Assembly: GCA_000708835.1 (NCBI GenBank)
Contig: DF237465.1
Location: 1,227-65,226, forward strand
Direction of reading: 5' to 3'
DNA from: Klebsormidium nitens
Lineage: Eukaryota; Plantae; Klebsormidiophyceae
Length of the DNA stretch: 64,000 nucleotides
Shown here: piece by piece, positions 24,716-35,300 of the stretch
Numbering within the stretch: the stretch's first letter is position 1
How the letters are laid out: every line of letters starts with the position of its first letter
Notes under the pieces: model-generated
The model's database searches: none
What the model was told of the DNA's origin: nothing
The model's input: only the letters and a program-made list of their open reading frames with translations
Translations under genes and position numbers: made by a program

Positions 24716-27700
24716 ATGGAGGCTACAGTGAAACTGTCTAGAGAATGCTTCAGTCCTCCTTTAAGTGGTCAGACCTGTTCTGGTCAGCTTTTCAAGCAAG
24801 GAAAACGCAAGTCTTGTGCAATACTTTCTTGGGATCACCAGAACTCATCAAGAAAATTGGTTGGCACATTTTCTGGAAGAAATGCTTCAGCACACAGCAA
24901 AGCAGACCGGCGGGAAGTGGAGCTCAAGACTGTCAAAGCGGGCGTCTTTGAAGATCCCGGAACACACGCGCCTGACAAGATCTGTAGCGGTTTGCCTCCA
25001 AGCCGAAGATCAAGAGCGTTGAGAGGGGCCCGAACAATACAGAAGGCTCAAGCCTGTGCGGAAGGTTCTTCAAGCAATCTGCAACCAAACGAAGGCGGGT
25101 CTTCTGGCAGCAATCGTGCGCAACCGGGGGAGCTGCCTTCGGTTTCAGGAGGGATTCGAAGGGGCAATGACAACGGGAATGGAGTGACACCAGAGTCACA
25201 AGAGGAGAAGAACCATCGAGGAAACATCAACTGGAGAAGGTTAGTCATTACTACAATTTGATGCTCATTGATTATCGATCAATCATCAATACAATTTTGA
25301 TGCTCTCCTTTTGCTTGGTCTCTCTGCTTCCCTAAAACAGGGGGCTCCGCTGGGTGTGTGACGACAGTTCTTTGCATCCTCAGTAGCTCAGCACGGGAAA
25401 AGGAAGCAATACTCAGATCTGGAAACCACTCGCCCTCAGATGCTCCCTGCCATGACAGAGTCTTCGTCTAGAGGTTCTGGTATCCAGGCTGAGAATGTGA
25501 TGGTGAAAGAAAGTCGGGAAGATAGGCGAGGATGCATCCGGTTCTCAACAGTCACCTAAGCCTCAAATTGACCATTTGAAGCCTTCAAAGCTCAAACGAA
25601 GATACTAAAAAGCAATCACTTTGCTGCAGGCGCGCACTCCAAGCTGTGAAAGGCGACGAGGTCCATATTACAGCGCCTCCGCCGGACTTTGTCTCAGACC
25701 GGCCGCAGCGGCCCTTCAGGATCTTCCTTGTGCGGCATGGTGAAAGCGAGGTGGGGCTTCTTGGTCATCGTGCCCCTGTTGGAATCAAAACACCGTATGA
25801 GTTTGGCAAGAAGTACTGCTAAGAAGACACTGCTGCTTGAAGGGGACGATATTGTCTGGATCAAATTGCAATATACTGGTAGGTTGTTCGCGTTGCCTGG
25901 TTCGTACTTGATCTGCAGTAGGGTCACTTTGGTGTACGGCACTTGTTTAATGTATGATATGCAGATGCAGATGCGGTCCAACATCATCTTGAAGTGTCAG
26001 GGTCAAATGAGCACTTGGTTCAAATGATTCTGGTAGGAAGCCCGGGTGGTACTTCTCTGCCCGTATCCACCTCTCAACCCCTTTCATTGCGCCTGAAACT
26101 CGATTCGCGAAACAAAGTAGGGCAAGCCCCCGTCTGCAGGCATGCATCCTGTAACATCCAGAAGTGGGTAAAGCAAACCAGTTCCAGTTGCGACAGTGAA
26201 AGGAGAATATTCATGACCAAACTAAAATGCATCTTTGAGGCGCCTTCTGTCAAACTGAGCCATCACTAACAACTCTGCCTCGACAGAGAACAACGGTTCG
26301 CAAAACTTTCCAGGAAAGTACATCTTGTGATCCCTCGACTTTTCAGGGCAACGTGGACGAGAGCATGTACTAGCCCGCCACTAACAACTCTGCCTCCTTG
26401 AAGAACTGAGAACTCAGAAGATAACAGGATTGAACATTTTGATCACTCAACTTTTCAGGGCAACGTGGACGAGAGCATGTACACGCGCATCCCCGACTCC
26501 AAGATCAGCCTCACCAAGCAAGGGAAGCATCAGGCGGAGGAGGCCGGGCGGCAGATCCGGGAGATCATTCAGGCGGGACAAGCGGAGGACGACGACAACT
26601 GGATGGTCTACTTTTACGTGTCGCCGTACCTGCGCACGCTGCAGACGCTGCGTGGCATCGGGGCCGCGTTCGAGCGGCGGAGGATCGCGGGGGTGCGGGA
26701 GGAGCCGCGCCTGCGGGAGCAAGACTTTGGTGAGGGGCGGACTCGATTGGAATTCCATCCGCAAAGTCTGGAGTAGGATTGAACGCCAATTGAGACTGAC
26801 GAGAGTTCTGGATGCGCATCCACCCAACATAGATGAGTTCCAAAGGGAGTGTCAGGATGATTCCTAGGAGCGATGGAGCTGTGGTCAAAGACGGGAGGGC
26901 TTGTGGGACTTGGGTGATGACTGGAATTTTAATCTGGTTCAGTAGTTTCTTGGTTGAAGTACCTTGTATGGCACTCCCGTTTGCTGCTTCGCCCCGAGTA
27001 GAGTGTGTTCTGAAACCCCACCCGACCTTTGAGGCGCGCGTCGTCCTGAGCTGCGAAATTGTGAGAAGCTTCAAGCAAAGCCGTAATGTTATGTCGGACA
27101 TGAAGGCTGGACAGGGACTCCCTCGGATAATTGCGGGAGTGCCGATTTGATTGACCCTCGAAACGAGCAATCAAGAACAGTTTCCGTTGACGCCGAAGTA
27201 TCTTCCTTGCAGGTAACTTTCAGGACCGAGAGAAGATGCGCGTTGAGAAGACTATCCGGCTGCGCTTCGGCCGCTTCTTCTACCGCTTCCCGGACGGAGA
27301 GTCCGCTGCTGACGTGTACGACCGAGTGACAGGTCAGAACCTGCTGTTGATTCAACAAGGACTGGCTGTGTGTGAAACGGAACCCCTTCGTTTCCCCCAA
27401 CTACATAAGCTTCTGCAGTTTCGAACGACATCGTCGTTGGGGAAGAGGCCAGGGCGCGGGTGATAACAACCCGACGCAGCTGTCGGATGCTCCGTTTGCG
27501 CAAACTTTCACGCTCTTTCCTAGCAGTTACTGCTTGCCAAATACAAAAAGGACGTGGGGGTTTTAGCGTAAATCATATGGTCAAAGTTCTTCGTTCGCTC
27601 CTCTGGTTAACGAGACCCCCTTCGCTCCGACATCAATGTTGGGCAGGTCCAAACGGAGGGGGCCCGACGCACCACCATCAACCTGACCCGTAGCGTCAGG

Positions 27701-29882
27701 CGCGTCAGCCGTGCGCCTTCAAGCGCTTTCCTCAGATGCGACTCAATTCCATTCGGATTCTGAGACACAATTATCCAGGATGATATCTTTTCCTCACCCG
27801 CTTTCCTGGTGTTTTGGAAACCCTTTAGACCGACGTCGGAGGAGGCGAGCCGACGCTTTAACGTGAACCTTACCCTTGGTCTCAGTCGCTTTGCCCTGCT
27901 GTGCTTGTGCTTGGAGGCTCACAGAACACCACTCTAGAGTCGAAATTACCAAGCATGCTGGTCTCCCTGTCCCCCTTTCAGGATTCCGAGAAACGCTTCG
28001 GACCGACATCGAACTCGGCAGGTCCAGGAAGACGGAGCCGGCGCGCCAACAGGAACCTTTTTCTGGTGTCAGGCACCTTTTATCGCAATTATTGATCTCT
28101 CTCATCTGTCTCGCAGGGTTTTGCGAGACGCTACGCATCGACATCGATGTTAAGCGGTCCCAGAAAAGGCGAGCCGAAGTACCAACAGGCAATCATTCCT
28201 GGTGTCAGGCGCTCTGTGTCCCATTTCTTTTTGTCTGGGAGATGCACAACCAACTTACTGAGACATCTCTTACTAATCTCTCCTCCTCCGTTTAGGTTTC
28301 CGAGAAACATTGCGGACCGACATCGACGTCGGGCGGTTCCAAAAAGAGGCGAGCCGGCGCACCAACATGAACCTGATCCTGGTGTCGCACGGGCTGACGC
28401 TGCGCGTGTTCCTCATGCGTTGGTACAAGTGGACCGTGGACCAATTTCAGGCGCTGCACAACTTTGGGAACGCAGGGTTCCTCGTCATGGAGCTAGGGCC
28501 GGGGGGGCGGTGAGAATACTCTCACGCTTAGTCTGATTGAACCTTCTCTGATTGGTCGCATTTTGGACAATTAAGCAGCTCCATATCGACAGGGCGCGGG
28601 GTTCGTCGTTATGGAGCTGGATCTGGGGGGCCGGTGAGAAAATCCTCGCACTCGTGGTGTCAGGTCTGTTAGGAAGACTTTTTGTGGTTGGTTGACTTGG
28701 AAGATTCAGCAGTTGCACAGATTCGGAAAGGCGGGGTTTGTTGTTATGGAGCTAGGGCCGAGGGGACGCTGCGAAAACGTTGACGTTGCTGGTTACGGAG
28801 CTGGTTACAGAATGAAGCTTCCGGTTGGGCTGAATTTTCCAACCATTTCGGAAACGCGGGGTTCCTCGGCATACAGCTAGGGCCGGGGGGCCAGTGCGAA
28901 GACCTCGACCTTATCACTTACAAAGTTGGTTAGATCTGAAGCCTCTGATTCGGTCGGTTTCTGGATTACTTTATGAATGTGGGGTTTCTCGCATCAGATC
29001 GGGGCCGGGGAGCCAGTTAGGACTCACCTCTTTATCTGCAGAGTTGCTTCGGACGAAGTCCCTGGTTGGATCAATGCAGACGATTCAGTAGACGCCAATT
29101 GGTCACACGGCCTTACCTTCTGATAGATTCTGAAACGGGAGGACCAAGCAAGCGAAAGTTCCAAGACTCACGTCACTGGTTGCTCCTTGGCGAAGCCGTT
29201 GGAGCGAGCGGCAGTATCTGGCCACACGGATTGTCTGCTTGCGGAGCTAGGGCGGCATGCACGCCCTTTTCATGTCATCCTTCAGTGAAGAATTTGTTGA
29301 ACTTTCTTGGCACGAGAAAGGCTTTGCTCTTAGAATTACGATGGAGAGGCGCCTGAGTACGATTGAGCGGGAACGCCCTCGTGCGAGTTTCATCTGGCAA
29401 ACTACTACTGTCAACCCGTTTTCGACGAAACACCGTCTACAAACGGTGGCATCCATTTCTGCAAAGTACGAGCGAGATTGACTGACGAGCCCTCCTGCAC
29501 GTTCAGGTCGCGGCTTCTTTTGAGGCCTCTTCTTCGTGCTGCTCCAAGACTGTTAAATGATGTCCTAATCGTGTACATCTCTTCGTCCAAAGTTACTGAA
29601 GTCGATTAAGGTTGACGCGGAGTCCGCACTCAGAATCCGTTGCCCTCTCTGCAGGTATACACAAGAATCCGGACTGATCTCTCCGTTATTCTGCGGAACG
29701 GTCAAGGACCTCGCATTTGTGTACCTCATTTGTTCCTTTCTGGTCCAATGGAGATCGAACTGGAGCCGCACTCAGCACTCGTTGCCCCTTACTGCAGGTA
29801 TAGCTTAACAGCGCACCACACGCATGAAGAACTGGCGACGTTCGGACTCTCGCCGGACATGATCGCCGACCAAGAGTGGTGA
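24716..29882 (+). CDS. Phosphoglycerate mutase-like histidine phosphatase (plant AT74-type), about 444 aa, long N-terminal extension
   Basis: Exons 24716-25239, 25630-25750, 26459-26729, 27213-27332, 28296-28509, 29798-29882, phases consistent. Motifs RIFLVRHGESE|GN, FYVSPYLRTLQT, EEPRLREQDFGNFQ, FFYRFPDGESAADVYDRV, LVSHGLTLRVFLMRWYKWTV. The 3' end is uncertain: tg|gtgagc at 29878 could be a donor instead of the TGA stop. Confidence 0.9.
26264..26482 (+). repeat. Tandem duplication (about 112-115 nt) of an acceptor plus first 24 nt of the exon at 26459
   Basis: ttttcag|ggcaacgtggacgagagcatgtac is identical at 26347 (followed by TAG) and 26459; cactaacaactctgcct is also duplicated. Confidence 0.9.
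27611..29020 (+). repeat. Decayed partial copies flanking phosphatase exon 28296-28509: four of the 5' half upstream, four of the 3' half downstream
   Basis: Upstream copies near 27611, 27811, 27982, 28117 (for example GFRETLRTDIELGR and GFCETLRIDIDVKR versus true GFRETLRTDIDVGR). Downstream copies near 28564, 28700, 28830, 28960 (variants of gcagggttcctcgtcatggagctagggccggggggcg|gtgaga). Confidence 0.85.
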
Positions 29883-32359
29883 GCGTTCTCCGCAACAGTT
29901 TAACTTGCCCCCATTCATCTGAGCAGAAGTCCTGAAGTGCAAGAGCGAACTTTTGAGAGTATGAAAACGAGTATTGTGAGTATCTTTTCTACATACTGCC
30001 TGCGCAAATCGAGTTCTGCTCACAATGCTATTTTTCGTCCTGGCTTTCACACTCCGATGGCTTACTCCAGTGGCGCCAAACTTCCCCACTCCAGATCGGC
30101 GCTCTGGATCTTGTTTTGGCCATCAGCTGCGCTCCGTATAGGGTTCAGTAGTTTTTTTGCAGATTCTATAAATTTTGATGTTTGTTGCCCAAAGCATGGC
30201 AAACATTACGCTTTGTCATGAGGCAAGGCTCTGAGGCGAATGGCTTGAATCAAAGGCAAAGGCTGGTCAACATGGAACCCACCCGTTCTTAGAGCTGGAT
30301 CTCACATGTTCGGTCCCACTCAGTATGCGCCATGACATAAAATTTGGCATTTCAATTGGGCCGCGTGTCAAAAAGACCACGTGTCGATCATAGACCGGGG
30401 TCCGAGTCGCTCGAAATAAACTTTGATGCAACGTCATTTATGCGTCACAATTTTACTTTCAGAATATCGATGACCAAAGGTGATTGAGAAATGGCATTGA
30501 ACGGCCATCTAGGCCCACTCCATACCTATAACTGGACTCTTATATACGCTCATTTCAGATCTTATAACTCTTTCTTTCCCTTTTGATCTCCTTTTCCCCC
30601 GTAAATCTTGGCAGTGAGTGGGACCCCACCTGTGATTGCCCTTTCTTCGTTCCTTAATCTTTTGAGAGACTGATCTACGTTTGTCTGGGGCGTCGCAGGC
30701 AGGTAACGGCTCGTCCGGGTGACTTGAATTCCGAGTGGCCAACTTCGGGGCCTAGCTTTTTCGACTACTTTGAGAACCTACAGGACGGGGATGGGCTGAA
30801 ATATCCTGACAGATCCCCTCAATTCGACAAGATAATCCGCGATCTGGAGTGCCCAGCAACTCGGGAAGAACTAGAAGTAATCAAGCAATTTCCAACGTGA
30901 CACTTGCATTTGAGTGGTAAAGTGTGCCAGAAAGTACGTGTCTTGTTGCTTTGGCCACGTCACGTGTTGTATATAAACAGTAGGAAGGACTTGCTGAACA
31001 ATAAGCTTTGATTGACAGACTTTCATTGACATTAGTCATCCCGTAGGTAAACGCATATACTAATAATAAGACGCGATTGATAATCAGTACGTTATTCAAT
31101 CCATAAATGATTGTCTTCACAATGCGTTTGGAATGTTCATGCACCTTTCGTATGGTCAGTGCGCTGCCGTACTAGCTTGTCGAGCTTCAAAGCCTTGGGA
31201 ACAGCGAGCTGGTTCATATATTATGAGCCAATTGATCGGATCGCATCTGCCTACTAGACTGGTACTTGTAGCAATCGCAATGCAACTCAATCATTGGCAC
31301 TATACCTGCAAAACCGCCCTTCAACCGACGCTTGCAGTCCGGGTCGTTGAATATTGTCTTGCATGAGCACGCGCTCAAAGTATTCTGAACGTATGATCAA
31401 AGGGAGCATGCATCTTCGTGTTAGGCACTGATATAAAAGCTATCGCGATGAGGATCGTGCACTGACATTCGTTTTGATGATCGCATATAAGCATATACGG
31501 GATATATATCATATTGTATACAGACGACGTGGCTAGGGCTGTTCGTCTAGCTGTACGTTTTACGCGCATCATTGCGCATGGTCGCTTTAATTGTTCCAAT
31601 GGGTCATGGTAAGTTTGCTGCGGCACGCGGTGCCCCGCGGCCCGGCAGCTATATAATGATATATAGCCATGCCAGCTCTGCCTGACCATATATACCTATA
31701 CTTATTTCACATGCATCATGCCACTGAGGCTTCTGGTAGTGCTTGAACGAGCCTGCGAACGGTATTTCACTCATTCGGAGTAGGTAACGTAGGGCCCTCA
31801 GACGTCTACTCAGTTTGGCCACAACATGGTGTAACGGAACCTGGGCTCGGGAATCTTGGGCGGTCATGGGCCAGCTCTTGCGGCACGGGGCTTGAAGGCC
31901 GGGCGGATGGAACACCATGCGTGTCTTGGGCGATCTGGATTGAGGGGATACGCCCAGGTCGTCCAGCGCCGGGCGTGAGATTGCAAGGACCGGACTCGAT
32001 TATTGTAGAGATCGTGTACGCGACTGAAATGAGCTGACATGCAAATCGCTGTGCCAAAACTTGTGGCCACATCCGATCGGCATGCGAGACTAAATCTGCG
32101 GGTAAGTATTCAAATTGTTTGGAACTCGTGTTCTTCGTTGCAACTGCCTTGCCCACCAACTTCGTTGCATGCAGCGAGATGCTTGGGCTTGAACCCATTC
32201 TCGGGCACACAAGAGCAATTTCGCAACCGCGCATAACAACACCTCTCCCCGCATCTCATATACGGTCGTATGTGGGTCGTATGTGATTCTCAATGACGGC
32301 CAACATTGCTACTCCTGAGAACGTTCTGTCCTAAAAGGAACTTTTCATTACGCAGGTCG

Positions 32360-35300
32360 CTATCGTCCCTCCTCTCGCAGCGTCCCCGTGCCAGAGGGGA
32401 GGCCTAACAAGGAGGACAATTGGGCTGTGGAGTTCGCCAAACCTACTGGGACGTATTGTTGACTCCCTTGGTAGGCTACCTCTTGCAGTTGCTCAAGGCC
32501 GCCACCCGTGTCTGTGTGCCGTTGCTGCGGGAACTGTGCAGCGAAGCCGCCCCGATCCCGTCCATAATTACCCCACCGAACTTCGGAGTAACCACTCTGT
32601 TGCTGGTAACTACCTTGGTTAGGGTGAAAACCGCTTTGGTTAGGTTGCACCGAGTACCCACCCTGGTTAGGCCGATACAAGGACTCTGTTACGGCCGGGT
32701 CGAAACTCTGCGGAGCTCGTTGCGACTCCTCGGCCTGCGCGGCTGGACCCGCATTTACAGGGCCTCTCCAATCCTGACTGCGGTCACTCTGCGGCTGCAC
32801 GCCGACGTAGAGGCCTTGCACAGACGGTTGTTCCTGCCACTGGTTGCGGAGGCCGTATTGGGCGGCCTGTTGTTGGGTTACAACACGACGGATAGGGAGG
32901 GGCTGCTGCGGAACAGGGCCCGAGCTTGGAGTTGGCGCCAGTGGGAGGCTTCGGAAATTAGTTGTGTCTCCGAGAGGACCCGAATTCAACCCTGAGCTTA
33001 ACCCGGTTTGGCGGCTCGACACCCGGGCGTAGGAGGGGTGAGGTTCGGTGTAGACTGGGGCGGTGTTTAGGCCTTGGGGAGTGTGAGAAACCGGGAGACC
33101 GTGCATCCTCTGCTGGCTATCGAGGTTCAATAAAGCTTGCAAGGTCGAGGGAGGTGGGTTTTCAACCCCCCTGACGGCAGCCGCTTGACCCGGTTTCGGA
33201 GCAACCTGAGGGTTTGGGAAAGCTGGGTTATGCGCCGCCCATTGGAGAGGCGCTAGACTAGAAGAACCGTCCGAGGCGCGGTGGGTCTCCGCCTGACTGA
33301 CAAGGGTTTGCAACGTTTGGAGGTGCTGGGCGACCGATTGTAAGCTCGGATGGTGCTGGTTAAGCCGATAACCCCCGGACATGTTTGGCGGTGGGGCTTG
33401 TGGGTTAGGCGGATAACCGGCCGAGTTTGGCATGGAGGCTTGCGGACCGAGCGGGTGATTTGATTGCGCTGGAGCTCCGCCTAGCACTCTGGAACCCGCT
33501 GCTAAACCCGCTGCCAAACCCGGCTGCTGACCGCCAGGCCCTGTCGTGGGACCTCCCGCCGTCACCGACCCCGCTTTCTTGTCCTTCTTCGGCTTCGCAG
33601 GGCCTTTCTTGGCCTTCTTAGCACCCGTGTTCGGAGCGAATCCGGCGAGAGGTTGACCGGGAGGGAGCAGACCGATCGGGGGGGCAAATTGCGGCCGGAA
33701 GAGCGGCCCCCCCTGAAGCTTAGCACCGCTCGGTTGGTTCGCCTCGGTAGACGGTCTCGAGATCGGACTCGCTCTTGCCCCGAGGCGCGGCCAATTGGGG
33801 GCCGTCTCCGGAGATTGCAACATACGCCGACTTTCTCCCGACTCTAGTTTCCCGGCCTCTCCCATTTCCGCGCCCTCTGCTCCGTCCTTGTTCTCTTCCC
33901 CCCCACTCCGGTCCCGGGGGGTGTTTATCGGGGCCGGCATCTGCGGCGGCGACATCGGATGGCTGCCCACCTTCTCCTTCGGGGGGATGATCCGGATCCG
34001 GACGATCTTCTTCTTGCCGTCCGAACCGGGAGCCGTCTTCGCCGCCAAACCCGCCTCCTGCGTTAACTTGGCGGAACCGCTCCCCGGCTGCGCGGAAACG
34101 CCAAAGCACGACCCCCCCGGACTTTGGTTTCCCAAATTCTCCAGACCCTGTTGTCCGGGACCCCCCATACCCTCTCCTCTTGACGCACCCCCCAATGCTC
34201 CCCCCTGCTTTTCCGCTGCCTTCTCCCCCGTTCCGTTCACGACCGACCGGAACTGCACCCCCCGGAAGTCATTGACGCCCCCCAGACGCACCACCAGCCG
34301 CCCGTTCCCGCTATCCGACGGTCCTGGATCTCCGCTCACGCCACTCCCATTCTGCCCCCCCGCCACCAAGCCTTGCAAGGGACCCCCCGGGAGCCCCCCC
34401 CCTCCCCGTTTCTCGCCCCTCCATGCCCCCTGGTCGCGCCGCGCTTCTTCTTTCCGGCCCACAGGGGCACCCCCCCAAGTCGTCCCCCCTCGGGGATCCC
34501 CCCGATATCCACCCCCCCGCGCCAAGCCATCAATCGCGCCGCCCCCTCTTCTCCGCCCATTTCTGACCCCCCGCCGCCCGCTGTCTCATCCTCCGAAACC
34601 CCCTTGTTTTTGCTCGCCGACGGACGCCTGCGGCTGGGCCGGCGGCCCGGTTCGCTTCCCTCCTCGTCGGAACTAGAGGGGGGAGTGTCGGAGTCGTCTT
34701 CCCAGTCGTCGTCTTCTTTCGGCCGCCGGCGCAGTTGGCGCGTCGCGGGGCGCGGGTGCCGCTCGTCGGCTCTTCCCTCCGGAAGGCTCTCGTAGTCGTC
34801 GCTGGGGGCAAGAATGGGAGAAAGGTCAGTTTGACCTACAAACTCGTCGAAGTCTGCGACCATCAATATGCATCTGAGAGATTTGAGCGATGATCTTAAC
34901 CTCAACTTTCTACTTCTCGAAGGAGAATAAAGCAGGACCGTGTACAGCTTTAGTCAACATTCGCTTACGGACATCTACCTGGTTTCGGACAAGGACTACA
35001 CCTGCAACGTATCTACCACACCAAAGCGGTAAGTGAGGATCAGAACCGGGATAACTCTTGATAGTCCCCTTCGTCGTCAGCGCGATAAAGTCGGATGCGA
35101 CCATGCGAAAGTGCATCGCCAGATTGCTTTCCTGTTTTTCCTGATCTTAAACATGCACCTCAACCGCCTAAAAATCAGAAATCGAAAAGCAGGTTCATGT
35201 GAACGGGGCTAGTTGGCCATGGATGCTGAAGCTTGATAAACGATCAAAGCGGGCCGCGTCTTAGCCCCATGAAGAAGTTTCAGGAAGGTTTTTCACTGCC

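Noticed and set aside
27611-29020. Regularly spaced repeats as a CRISPR-like array
   Set aside because: Units are diverged copies of the neighbouring exon, not identical repeats with unique spacers; eukaryotic context and no cas genes.
30200-32300. AT-rich segments (also 2.4-3.1 kb, 46.0-46.5 kb, 60.1-61.1 kb) as one transposon family
   Set aside because: Similar composition, but I could not align them to each other or find shared termini by eye.
33795-34676. 293-aa plus-strand Pro/Ser-rich ORF and other overlapping ORFs at 32.4-35 kb
   Set aside because: Antisense shadows of the GC-rich, low-complexity last BRWD exon.
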